64,000 bases of DNA from Octopus vulgaris (taxonomy: Eukaryota). The stretch's first letter is position 1; each line of letters opens with the position of its first letter. Positions 27,420 through 41,334 of the stretch are shown here, piece after piece. Under the pieces are notes generated by a model. It was not told the DNA's origin. It worked only from the letters and a program-made list of their open reading frames with translations, and ran no database searches. The DNA lies in the NCBI GenBank assembly GCA_951406725.2, contig OX597827.1:26970001-27034000 (forward strand), read 5' to 3'. Both the position numbers and the translations under genes were made by a program.

Positions 27420-28811
27420 ATAAATGGAGTTGAACGCAGATGTCATTAAAATTCTTTTACTTTCGACATATGTTTCGAAGACAACATGGTTTTATTCCAA
27501 AAGAATAAACGGTGTAAAATGCAATCTACTCATCAGGAAAGAAAGAGAGCCTATCTCAACAACAAGACATTATAACAATTACGATGACTGCCTAAATGAT
27601 AAACAGAACGTTATTAAGTATTTAAAAAACTGTTAGTAGATTTTTCTTTCTCGCTCTTTCTATTTCTCGTTCTTTCTTTGAACTGTTCCTCTAATTCAAA
27701 GTTCCATCTTCGCAACATTTTCTCACACTGAACCATATTTTGGATACACATGTCCGCAGAGTGCTCAACCACTTACATTTGTATTTTGGCGATACCATGT
27801 CAATCAAACAGTTGAATGCTCTTCGCTAACACCGACGGAGAATTCACTAACAAATTATCGAATCTGTCCTTTCTTTTATAAAGTTGGCTGTGTGGGATTT
27901 CAATCAGATTTAGCTTCTATTTCTTGCATATGAAGTGATCACATAGAAGCACCAATGAAGTTGTTTAACGCCCCGTATCAACCATGATTGTATAAAGCTA
28001 TGCTCAAAGATCCACCCATGACAATCACGCTAAATGTTCACATATATTTCATGACGCTCAGGAAAATGCATCAGTTTGATCCCTCACCCACATCGACCCA
28101 CTCCCACTTTATCTGTGGAAGTCTATACCGGCTTATATGTCAAAACAAAGCGCCGCATGCCGCCCCCTGTAAAGCGTCATGCGGAGCGGACCGACCCGCC
28201 TCAATCATGCCATCTCCAGCAGCGTTATTCATATACTATATTGGGCACAATGCGGTTCTGTGTGACATTCTAAATAGCATGCTTAATGAAAAATTATCCC
28301 GAATTTTGTTTTAGTTGTGCGGCCCGCCTAATGATGAGTCATGTCTCATGCGGCCCGTTTCGCTAAAAAATTTTTTTTTTTCTTTTTGAAACAGCAGAAT
28401 GTGATTTGAAGAATATTCAGCTTCCATTTCTAGCATGTTGATCAACCACATATAACGCTCCTCCCTCTGAAGCTCGTTTCCCAAAGGATTAGGAAACGAA
28501 GGATGTCAGATGAGATAAAATGTCCAAAACAACCAAATATAGACATAAATGCCGATAAGTAGTTGTATCTAGTTCAGGATGTACTTAGTGACCTGCCTTG
28601 TACTTAAGATCGCCTCCAAACAATCACAATCATTTCTCAATACATAATAGTTCTCCTTAACCATCATAACGTTTTCCTCCTCCTCCTCCTCCTCGAATTT
28701 ATACTACTTCTGCTCCCAATGGTGGTGATGGTGGTGGTGGTGGCGGTTATGGTGGTGGTGTAACCGACTCAAATTATAAAAACAACACTCGCTTGCGATA
28801 TATAATATTCA

Positions 28812-28821
28812 TGTATTGTTA

Positions 28822-28870
<49 letters not shown>

Positions 28871-28877
28871 CATTATT

Positions 28878-28958
<81 letters not shown>

Positions 28959-28995
28959 TATTATTATTATTATTATCATTATTATTATTATCATA
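28812..28995. repeat. (TTA)n/(TCA)n trinucleotide microsatellite
   Basis: Direct reading. Confidence 0.97.
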
Positions 28996-29565
28996 ATTGA
29001 GTGAAATAGCAGTGCATGCCATAAGAGTGACACTGGGGTAAAAATATACGAAGCCCAGTATACCCATCATGACTACCAGTCTGATAAGGGTACATTAGGC
29101 ACATACATCACAACCATATGTACACGACATGCATGGTGATCTCATTTCAATATAAACAGCGCATAACCTTGCAGACGGGGCCCAGTTAGAATTTTCTTCA
29201 CATTGCGTAGCCAATCTCGCTCAATTGATCCTTGAATAAGGGTGGTTTAAGGATGTTGAACGAAACACCTATATCTCCTGAGGCGAATTATTCAACCCCC
29301 CCACCAAGAATCCCTCCCAAAACATGGCTGTGATGCTCCCTAACTATTTCTGCACGTGATCAGAGATGCACATGTCGTCAACCACCAAAAGACATGCTCA
29401 AATGGTTAAGGTCACAACAACTGACAAGCAAATCTATGGTGTTGAGCAGAATATTTGCTGTAGCCCTTATTTTATACCAAGACAAAACAATGTACATGAT
29501 AACACTTCCAATCAGTTAAGATCAGATGCCATGAGAACCATTGCCTGGTACGGCATCAGGGCATA
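28996..29565. mobile_element. Probable interspersed repeat (retroelement UTR-like) abutting the (TTA)n tract
   Basis: Higher-GC non-coding island with a sharp boundary at the triplet tract; family not assignable. Confidence 0.35.
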
Positions 29566-30763
29566 CTGTTGTTGTTGTTATTAAGGCGGCGAGCTGCCAG
29601 AAAAGTTAGCAAACCGGGTGAAATGCTCTGTATGTATATACACGTTGTGCATGTGTGTGTGTCCGATGTTGCTTAGCAGGCCGAAACTGCGATGTCACTA
29701 TCAATACTATTCTTGTTTGATATATATATTTATATCTGTACAAACACACAAACATACTCACACACACATAGTATGTGTGCGCTTGTGGGCTTGAATGAAC
29801 GCGTTGTCTGTGTATGTGTGTGTGTGTGTGTGTGTGTACGTGCGCGCGTAGGAGTGGCGTTTGCAGGAGAAGAGAAAAAGGGATGTAATGTGACTAGGTT
29901 GATGGTGGCGAAGATTAAATATAATTAATGGAGGGGCTTAAGCAGTAAACAAACAGAAAATGTAAACGTAAGGACAAAGGGAGAATGGTGGTCGAAGCAG
30001 ACGATAAAAAATATACGATAGAAGAGAGTGAGGGACAGACGGTAATGTAGAGACAGAGAGAGGCCAGTAAGGTTCGGTGTGGTTTGATAGAGAGATAGAC
30101 TGACGGTTGGTTAATAACCTTCCTTTCAATTGTCCTGGTCTCAACAAACGTCCATTAGTCTGGAGATGGACGGATTAAGATTATATTGATAAGTGAATGT
30201 GGTCAGTTTTATAGATTAGATTTCAGCTTTCTGTAACTTTATATACTTGCATCCGTTGACCTGTTTCCACTCCAACATGTCGTTCTCTATTTCCGTTTCC
30301 GGTTTTAAAAAATATATAAAATCTTGTCATAAATTTCTTCTCTATCGCTGTAAATTTTTTATTTGATCTTCTTTTATTCTTGAATTTTTTTATACTTCAT
30401 CTCTTATTTCTTTCTTCCTTTCTTTCTTTTTTTCTTTCTTTATCCTCGTTTTCTTCCTCTTTCTTGCTCTCAATCAGTTCTTCCTATCTTTACCTTTTCC
30501 CCTGTTTTTATTGGGAAGTTTTGGGTGGGTGTATGGGGAGAGGGTATTTTTCCTTACATTATTTTCAAGTATGCCCCCCCCCACCTCTGTCTATTTCGCT
30601 CCCTCACTCTCTCTCCTTCTCTCTTGTCTCTCCTCATTCATTGCTAATATGGCCACCACGAAAACGTTTCCGCCATCTTGTTTTCTCTGCTACTATTTTG
30701 TTATTTATGGTTATTTCCCCCTTGATTTATAACCCACACACACATCCAAACATCTCACTCTTT

Positions 30764-30804
<41 letters not shown>

Positions 30805-31133
30805 TACTCTTTCCCTCTCAACTATATCACTGATCTCTCTCCGCCCCTGTCTCTCCCTTTCTCTCTCTTCCTCCACCTATCATTTTCATTCTATCGATAA
30901 CTTCTCGGGGCTATTTCCCTTTTCCCTTATCTTTCGTTCAGATCTCTTCCTTGCTATTCCTTCTCTCGGTCTTTTTTCTCTTCCTTTCTCTCAATCCTTC
31001 TCTTGTTTATTCTCTCCCCCTCTCTTTCTCTCTCTCCCCCTCTCTCTCTCTCTCTCTCTGAAAATCCTCGCTCTCTAGCAATGTATTTATCTTTCATTCA
31101 ATCTTGCATGGTTTCCTTCACTCTATCTGTCTG

Positions 31134-31204
<71 letters not shown>

Positions 31205-31245
31205 GTCTGTCTGTCTGTCTGTCTATTTGTCTGTCTATTTGTCTG

Positions 31246-31303
<58 letters not shown>

Positions 31304-31354
31304 ACACAGTTCTGTATCTATGACGCTCTCTCTCTCTCTCTCTCTCTCACTCTC

Positions 31355-31428
<74 letters not shown>

Positions 31429-31557
31429 TATGTGGGCACAGGACGTCACGAAACCTGTACAACAAAAATGTACGAAGCACGAATACATGGAACATGAACT
31501 ATTCTTTCGAACGACCCTTCATCAGTTGTTGGCTGTTTTTCTAGTCTCGTATTTCGA

Positions 31558-31603
<46 letters not shown>

Positions 31604-31914
31604 GTTACACTGCATGCTAACCCAGACCATGTCAATGAGAGCAGCTCATAAAAATCAAATTAAACCAGATTATACTAGATAGAACGAGACAAAAATAGTT
31701 TGAACTATTTCATATATGAGAGTCAACAAGGGTATTCGACCTGCTAGACATAGGAGTCAAGTAATAGCTCATACTGTCTTTAAAAAGAAATGATGCATTG
31801 GATGATGTATCCCAGGCAACAGTATACATGAAAATGCGCAGACTGCACGTTTAATGTTTTAATTCATTCAACCACAGGTCTGATTGATTTGAGTTGGTTC
31901 GATACTAAACAAAA

Positions 31915-31971
<57 letters not shown>

Positions 31972-32317
31972 CACGCACCGTCAGTAATTACTCAGGGTAG
32001 GCAGTTGATAACGTTTGTGTAGTAAAACACACGAAACAAAAAAGCGAAACACCGGTGCGCGACTAAGTTGGAGGCAGAAATACTTCTGCCTTTATAGCAC
32101 GTAAAGGAAACGTTGTTGTAGGAATGTACGCAGCACGTGTATTACAGCAGTCCTATGCGTAGTTTTAATACTGAGATTGAAAGGCAGGGGTGAATTATGC
32201 CTACCTAATCTACAAAAAAATAAAATATCCTACATTTTATGCATAATAATGTTATTATCAATCTATTTCACTGAGGGTAGGTACTACCAGCCTTGTCATA
32301 CCCAGGTGGCACGTCTT

Positions 32318-32400
<83 letters not shown>

Positions 32401-32493
32401 ATATAGAAAATTAAAATTTATCTAATATAGTGGCGTTTTCAAAATTCATAAGATATATATATATATATATATATATCTATATATAGTATGGCG

Positions 32494-32549
<56 letters not shown>

Positions 32550-32551
<2 letters not shown>

Positions 32552-32924
32552 AGGTGCAATGGTCCAGTGGTTAGGGCAGCGGACTCGCGGTCGTAGGATC
32601 GTGGCTTCGATTCCCAGACCGGGCGTTGTGAGTGTTTATTGAGCGAAAACACCTAAAGCTCCACGAGGCTCCGGCAGGGATGGTGGTGATCCCTGCTGTA
32701 CTCTTTCACCACAACTTTCTCACACTCTTACTTCCTGTTTCTGTTGTGCCTGTATTTCAAAGGGCCGGCCTTGTCACTCTCTGTGTCACGCTGAATATCC
32801 CCGAGAACTGCGTTAAGGGTACACGTGTCTGTGGAGTGCTCAGCCACGTTAATTTCACGAGCAGGCTGTTCCGTTGATCGGATCAACTGGAACCCTCGTC
32901 GTCGTAACCGACGGAGTGCTTCCA
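32550..32924 (+). mobile_element. tRNA(Arg-like)-derived SINE family D, full length, in (TA)n
   Basis: ggaggtgcaatggtccagtggttagggcagcggactcgcggtcg..ttcgattcccagacc; related copies at 34165-34368 (-) and 43052 (+). Confidence 0.88.
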
Positions 32925-32929
32925 TAATT

Positions 32930-33496
<567 letters not shown>

Positions 33497-33647
33497 AACA
33501 AAGACGTGCCACCTGGATAGGCAAGGCTGGTAGTGCCTACCCTCAGTGAAATAGGTTGATAATAACATTTTTCTTCTATAGCAAAATTAAATTATGAAGG
33601 TTTGTAGGATTATTATATATATAATGTATATATACATATATATATGC

Positions 33648-33708
<61 letters not shown>

Positions 33709-33734
33709 ATTGCATATACATATATATATATATC

Positions 33735-34003
33735 AAAGACAAAACAAAAAATAGAACAAGAACGTAACAGGTGATAACAAAACATCCTAGTACTCTTGGC
33801 CTACATTTCCTTGGGTTCGGCCAAATTGGAGCAGTCTCGAGTGTAACCGGACGAATGAGTAAAGACAATCTGGAAGTCGACTGAGGAAAGGAATCTCCGA
33901 ATTACCCGTCCTTGCTTTTTCCTGTCCTTTTTGTCTATCGTCTAACTGTCCAGATCTTTTGCTGTCTCCTGTTACTTTCTTGTTCCATCTTTGTTTTTTC
34001 TTT
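33735..34003 (+). mobile_element. Short element with ~52-bp inverted ends and a degenerate hammerhead-like core (Penelope-like)
   Basis: 33735-33786 is an imperfect reverse complement of 33953-34003; ctgaggaaaggaatctccgaa..gtc at 33881-33910; flanked by (TA)n. Confidence 0.55.
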
Positions 34004-34041
34004 TCTATATATACATATAGCGTCGTAGTAGACTTTTGCTC

Positions 34042-34161
<120 letters not shown>

Positions 34162-34164
34162 CAG

Positions 34165-34368
34165 TCCATCTCAGCGTTACTCGAGAAACAGAAAGGGAGA
34201 GTGAGAGAAAGTTGTGGCGAAAGCGTACAAAAGAAGGGATCACCACCACTTTCTGCCGAAGGCTTGTGGAGCTTTTAGGTTTCTTCGCTCAATAAACACG
34301 CACAACGCCCGTTCTGCGATTCGAAACCGCGAGTCCGCTACCCTAACCACTGGGCCGTTCCCCCTCCA
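34165..34368 (-). mobile_element. SINE family D, 5' part
   Basis: Reverse complement of about 32550-32760. Confidence 0.8.
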
Positions 34369-35624
34369 TATATATATATATGCAGATGTGTATATATATA
34401 TATATAAGCAGTATATATATATATACCATTCTCTATATCACACAATGCAAATATATTGTAGAAAGCCTGGAAACAGTAGCATTCGTTTCGTGTAAGCATC
34501 GCGCATAGACGCGTGTTTGAATATAATTACCTTTACAATTTGAAAAGAAAAATTAAGAAAGAAAAATAACTCAGCAGACTTTATTGGGAAACATTAGGAC
34601 ACTTTGATGATATTTAACGCGCAAAGAAGTCGGTTGATGGATATCGGTTTTAACAGATGCAAATATATATAACTTGTGAAAGTTGTAAAAATAATATTTA
34701 TGAAATCCCTGTATGTGTGTGTGTATAAGACACATATTTAGAAGATGAGACCGAGCAAGTGAGGAAGTTGTTAATGGACATTGGAATGTTATTATTCCAC
34801 ATTGTAAAAATACTGTGAATTAAGAAAAATGAACCTCGAACAGCCATATCTTCACGACATCCTAACAACGTACAAACGCACACAAACACATTTATACATT
34901 ATATCATATTATATTATATTGTATTATATTATATTATATTATATTATATTATAATTTATTATATTTACAAGCTGAATTCTTAATAGAGTGCTTAATGTGC
35001 GTTTTAGATTAAATATTTGTTATGAGAGATATTTCTTATAATAGATATTAAGCTAAAAATAATCGTCCTCGTTTCATTTAATACCTACAATAGCTTTCAC
35101 TGTTGCCTATCGCTTTATCATATATTCCAATCTTTATAAAAGCCACAGCCTGCATCGGTATTTTTCGTGATCGATATTTTAGCAGGTTAAAGTACGAAGT
35201 TCAGCTTGAGGTGTTACCATTTTTTCATTTATGTCACAGAACGCCAGAGATTTCTCTGTAACATACGAAGTAACTATTATACTGCGGGTACGTATGTAGA
35301 TTGTATATATATACCAAACAGCAGGTCAGAGCTTGGTCTCAAAGCAGCAGAAGTTTTGCTCACGTGAACATCTTTTGAAGAAAATCAGAGGACATTCAAG
35401 AGTGCTAGGTTAGAATTTCTTGTTTGGAATACATGTTATGGAATCTGGAAAATTCTATACCATATACATAAGTCACGTATTGTAATGCTCAGCGGAAAAA
35501 AATTAATTATAAAAATAATTAACTGAAATTCTTTAAAGTAGTACAGAATTTCTGAAAGAAAACAATATGATTTCCAGGTGAAAAGGAAAAAGTAAGAACA
35601 CCATTTTTATTTCCTTATCTGCTT

Positions 35625-36087
35625 TGTCTTTTACTTTTCATTTGTTCCAGCCATTAGACTGCGGCCATGCTGGAGCACCACCTTCAAGAATTTTTAGCCA
35701 AATGAGTAGGCCTCGGTTTTTATTTATTTATTTATTTATTTTTTTTTTTAGTTTGGTACTTATTTTGTGTCTTTCACCAGACCGCTAGGTTACGGGGTCG
35801 TAAACACACAAACAGCGGTTGTCAAGCGGTGGTTGGGGACAAACACAGTGACACACACACTCACATTCGCACACACATACACTCACTCATACATACACAC
35901 ACACATGCACTCACCCATACACACACACACACATAAATACGACGGCCTTCTTTCAGTTTGCGCCTGCCAAGTCCTCTCACAGCTCAAGGCTTGAGAAGAA
36001 GACACATGACTAATACACCATGCTGTGGGATCGAACCTGGACCCAAGTGATTTGGAAGTGAGCTTCTTGCCACACAGCCGCGCCTAT
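35625..36087 (-). mobile_element. SINE family A, diverged
   Basis: gactgcggccatgctggagcacc..ccgctaggttacgggg..ccacacagcc. Confidence 0.8.
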
Positions 36088-36451
36088 ACCTGAGCTTCTT
36101 TTATTTCTGAAGAATTTTTGGGCGGACTACTTTGCCATGGAAGCAACACTTTTATGTAAATCAGTAATCCTGGATCAACTCAAGATTCTGAACATCTTTT
36201 TAGTGCAATGCATCCTCAGTATGGTAACTTCATGTGTTTATATGCATTTTAGCCATGAATAAATGCGACTAAGGCGGAACGTGTCTACTAGTCTACCGAC
36301 ACACCTCAACTTACGTGGTTTCGGGTTACGTCTTTTTCGAGTTTAATCGACTGCCTTGGGACTAATTAGGAATTATTAACATAAGCCAAATAATAAATAC
36401 ACACACACATACACACATACCCCTCCATATGTATATATATATAATCACTCT

Positions 36452-36486
<35 letters not shown>

Positions 36487-36500
<14 letters not shown>

Positions 36501-37535
36501 GGCATCCTTTTTGTCTCGGGAGACAATGGAGTTGCGCATAAAATAGTCCAGTCCGGCTTTTACATTTCATGTCCTGATACATTTCCTGCTGTAGTCCTAT
36601 CCTGGACAAACACTCCCTCTGGCAGGTACCGCAAATGTAGCGAAGACTGTTCCTGGCTGGTTGTAGTGTCATAGTTTCTTGTTGACGTCTTTTCTTGTCT
36701 TTCCATTTCTCCTCTCTCTCTCTCTCTCTGTCACTCCTTTGTATTCCCTCTTTTACGGTACGTCGCCAATCTCCACGGTTGCTGGCAATTGCTTCCCAAC
36801 TGCTAATATTGATGTTGCAGGCCTTCATGTCCCTTTTGCAAACATCCTTGTAACGTAAGAACGGTCTACCCACAGACCTAGTACCCCTAGCAAGCTCTCC
36901 GTAGAGTATGTCCTTGGGGATTCTGCCATCTTTCATAGGGCTAACATGCCCAAGCCATCTCATACGTCTTTGTGTGAAGAGTGCAAACATGCTTGGTATT
37001 CCTGCTTGCTTGAGGACATCTTTGTTGGGGATATGATTCAGCCATTGATGCTCTTGGCGTGTGTATAGCGTCCAAGTCTCACTTCCATACAGTAGAGTGC
37101 TAAGTACACATGCCTGGTAGATGTTCATTTTCGTGGTCTTGGTCAGTTTATTGTTGTCCCATGCCCGTTCGGAGAGTTGGGCCATCGCAGCAGCTGCCTT
37201 GCCAATGCGTATACTGAGCTCAGCGTCAAGGGATAGGTTGTAGGTGACGGTAGAGCCAAGATAGGTAAACTTCTCCACCTCCTGTAATCTGTGGTCTCCA
37301 ATATGTATGTTTGGGATGTCCGATGTAGCCTGACCCATGATGTTGGTCTTCTTAAGGCTGATAGCTAAGCCAAAGTCGTTACATGCTTGCTCAAAACAGT
37401 TAATGAGCCTTTGGAGGGCTTCTTCTGTGTGTGATACCAGAGCGGCATCATCAACAAATAGCATCTCCTTGATCGGGACGTTTCTGATTTTGGTCTTGGC
37501 ACGCAGGCGCGAGAGATTGAACAGTTTCCCGTCAC

Positions 37536-37539
<4 letters not shown>
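36487..37539 (-). mobile_element. RTE-clade LINE, 5'-truncated (RT C-terminal half, thumb, zinc-knuckle region, (CAA)n tail), inserted in (TA)n
   Basis: RSDGKLFNLSRLRAKTK..MLFVDDAAL..FGLAISLKKT..FTYLGS..LLYGSETW..RWLGHV..DGRIPKDILYGEL..GRP..RYKD..C-x2-C..SRIGL; these are hallmark RTE RT motifs. Confidence 0.95.
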
Positions 37540-37567
<28 letters not shown>

Positions 37568-37570
<3 letters not shown>

Positions 37571-37737
37571 AGTGCTTGTGTGGTAAGTAGGTCCCTTCTC
37601 AACCACATGAGTCTGGATGGTTCTGGTCTCAGTCCCACCACATAGAACCTTGGGCAAATCTCTTCTACTCTAGCCTCGATCTGACCAAAGTCTTGTGAGT
37701 GGATTTTGTAGACGGAAACTGAAAGAAGCCTGACGTG
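37568..37737 (+). mobile_element. SINE family A, 5' half
   Basis: tgtgtggtaagtag..ccttgggcaaat..gtagacggaaactgaaagaagcc. Confidence 0.8.
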
Positions 37738-37829
37738 TATGTATATATATATATATAATATATATACAATATATATATATACATACATACATGCATGCAT
37801 ATATATATATTTATCTATATGCACATACT

Positions 37830-38043
37830 ATCACTGACCACTTCCCAACCCCACACCATCATCAACACACCTACACTTACATACGCATGTGCACCCTCGT
37901 TTTGGTATCACCACTACTTTGTTATCTCCCCTTCTTCCTAGCTCTCCTGTGTGACCCTCTGTCCGGCGAGCGTTATACTAATAAATCTCTTTGCTGTCTA
38001 CACCACCTGTCTTCGTCTTTTGTTTTTTTTGTGAATTCTCCCT
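37830..38043 (+). mobile_element. Penelope-like pseudo-LTR fragment related to 25670-25850
   Basis: gagcgttatactaata..acaccacctgtcttcgtcttttgttttttt.gtgaattctccct is near-identical to 25776-25850. Confidence 0.6.
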
Positions 38044-38660
38044 ACATAGTTGCTGAATTCTCCCAAATGAACTTCCTTACACTTATATTTGTCATTCTAA
38101 AGACGAGAGAGTACCATAAGACAGAATACGGGTGAATTTTATTTCCAGACGATCGAGCTTTTAGGCTGAAGATAAACGGTATGCAGTTGACTTGCTAGAT
38201 ATGACATGTATGTTATGTTGCTACATGTACGCCACCTAGCGTGTAGCAAGGCTGAATAACGTGAGATTGGCTTTCGCGTTCCGTATTTATAATTCGTCCA
38301 TGGCAATCGAATATGAATATCGAAAGAAAAGGAAAACTCCAAATTCTTGACGTGACGTCATTTTTACATACTCGCTTCTCTTTCTCCAATATCTTACACT
38401 TTTATACACAATCTACTCTACGTTTCTATAAAAATATACATGTAGTCACTTATTTACATAAAACACACACACACACACACTATCTCTCTCTCTTTCACAC
38501 CCGCCCACACACATATATATATACTGTATATATATATAGCATAAGCATGGTACATATATATATTCATACATATATATAGATAAGATATATACATATTCAC
38601 ACTCACACCCACATAGGTTTCTATGTACAACATGTGTGCGTGTGTATGTGTGTGCTTACA

Positions 38661-38960
<300 letters not shown>

Positions 38961-40400
38961 ACATATATATATATATGTATGCATGTATGTATATATGTAT
39001 ATATGTGTGTGTATGTATTTGTATACATTTGTGTATATGTATGTACATGTATACGCTAATATATAAGTGTACATATATATATATATGCGTGTGTGTGTGT
39101 ATGCATGTATGTACGCACGCATGTATACAGTGAGAAACAAACAGGTAGGCCAACAGGCAAACGTACGCCTATGCATGCACACAAACATACAGACACGAAT
39201 TTACCTCTAATTACTTTTTCTGCAGTAAGAGAAGGAAATCGGAAAAAAAATAAAAAACAAGGTCTCACCTGCCCCGTTTGCCAATCCCCCCCCACCGACC
39301 CACCTCACAACAAAGTCCTTAATATCTTAAATGATTGCTGCACCAGTAGACATACACCGCGGCCCCCGTCACCAACAGCATCAGGTAATGCCAGACCCTG
39401 TTAATAAACGATAAAACTGTTAACTCGTTTCTTATTAGATCGGCTCACAATTCCAGTTTTGTAGCAAGAAGCAATGTGATGAAGAATCGTCGAAGTATTG
39501 ATAAAGTTTTATAAGATTCCTGGCCATAAAATCTTATCAGCTGATTTATATACCAATTCTTTCAAGCGTGAAATAGTTTCTATAACTTGATTTGCTGACA
39601 CGATAAATAAATTTAAAATGTAAATAAATATAAGACAAGTGATTATGTCCCCTTTTCTCTCAGCCTCTCTCTCTCGCTCTTTCCAATCTCTCCATCTCTG
39701 TCTATCTATCTGTCTGTCTGTCCGTGTCTCTGTCTCTTTCTCTCTCTTTCCTTTTCTCTTGCTCTCTTTCTAGCCTCGTTCTCGCTAGAATGTGAATTTA
39801 CTTAATCAGATGACAACGGGATTTCAAAGTCGTTAGAGTGTTAAGTGATAATGATGCCATCGGTGGTTAAGTGGTAGGGGCGGTGGTGGGGAGGCGCTGC
39901 TGCTGGTGGCGGTGGGGGGAGTGATGGTGGTGTTAGCTGTGGTGACGGTGGGAGGAGTTGGTGAGGGTGGCGATGGTTTGTGCCTGTGGTAGTAGTGGTG
40001 ACACTGATGTTGGCAGCGATAGGGGAAGCGGTGGTAGTGATGCTGGTTGTGGTGCCGGAGATGGTATTGATGATGTTAGCTATGGTTGTGCCGGTAGTGG
40101 TGATGGTAGAGGTGGTGGTAGCAGTGGTAATGCATGCTGTGGTTGGCAGAGTTTGTTACGGTAGTCGCAGCAATGGTGATGTGGCCATGTTGGCGACTGT
40201 ACTATGGCGGCCATCGTCATCGTGTGTGTCGTTGATAGTATTATGGAATGGTAGTGATGGCAGTAAATAACATTTATCCATAATGCTAATGACAATAGTA
40301 GTGCTGTTAATGGTATACTGCTGGTGTAATAGTGGTGGTGGTGGTGCTTTTGTAGGTGTTGGTGTTGTTGTTGTTGTAGTTGTTGTTGTTGGTGGTGGTG

Positions 40401-41150
40401 GTGATTGGGGTGAGGATAATACTGATGATAACGATGGCAGTGATGGTGGTGGTGGTGGTGGTAGTGGTGGTGGTGTGGTGGTTTTGGTTTTGGTGTTGTT
40501 GTTGTTGTTGTTGGTGGTGGTGGTGATTGGGGTGATGAGGATAATATTGATGATATCGATGGCAGTGATGGTGGTGGTGGTGGTGGTGGTAGTGGTGGTG
40601 ATGATGGTGGTGTTGGTGTTGTTGTTGGTGGTGGTGATGGTGATTGGGGTGATGAGGATAATATTGATGATATCGATGGCAGTGATGGTGGTGGTGGTGG
40701 TGGTGGTAGTGGTGGTGATGATGGTGGTGTTGGTGTTGTTGTTGGTGGTGGTGGTGGTGATTGGGGTGATGAGGATAATATTGATGATATCGATGGCAGT
40801 GATGGTGGTGGTGGTGGTGGTGGTAGTGGTGGTGATGATGGTGGTGTTGGTGTTGTTGTTGGTGGTGGTGGTGGTGGTGATTGGGGTGATGAGGATAATA
40901 TTGATGATATCGATGGCAGTGATGGTGATGGTGGTGGTGGTGGTGATGATGGTGGTGTTGTGTTGTTGTTGTTGTGGTGGTGGTGGTGGTGATGGTGGTA
41001 GTGGTGGTGGTGGTAGTGGTAAAAGATGTGGTTTTGGTGTTAGTGGTGTTGTTGGTGTTGGTTGTGTTGTTGTTGGTGTGGTGGTGGTGATGATTGGGGT
41101 GATGAGAATAATATTGATGATGACGATGACAATGATGGTGGTGGTGGTGG
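40401..41150. repeat. 117-122-bp minisatellite built from GGT/GTT/GAT triplets
   Basis: Anchor gtgattggggtga(t)gaggataata at 40401, 40523, 40640, 40757, 40877 and a variant at about 41090. Confidence 0.9.
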
Positions 41151-41334
41151 TAAAAGATGTGGTTTAGCGGCAGTTGTAATACCAGTTGTCCTGGTAGAAG
41201 TTATGATATAATAAAGGTCTAGGACGCAGTCGTAACTGTGGTAGCGGTGGCGGTATTGTTGTTAACGATGGCTCTAGCACATTAGTCGTTCGCCATTGGA
41301 TAATTCGTCTTAACGGCGAATGATGTATTTTTTG

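Noticed and set aside
30380-31078. 232-aa Leu/Ser/Phe-rich ORF
   Set aside because: Polypyrimidine/(CT)n low-complexity sequence that is naturally depleted of stop codons.
36445-37824. 459-aa ORF as an intact gene
   Set aside because: Only about 36500-37539 is RTE RT; the N-terminal part is (TA)n and antisense SINE read-through. It is not a full ORF and not a host gene.
39476-39544. C/D-box snoRNA (GTGATGA..CTGA)
   Set aside because: No convincing terminal stem and no rRNA/snRNA complementarity that I can recognise; such short boxes arise by chance.
40283-41167. 294-aa Val/Met-rich ORF as a membrane protein
   Set aside because: It is a product of GGT/GTT/GAT triplet repeats and switches register within the array.
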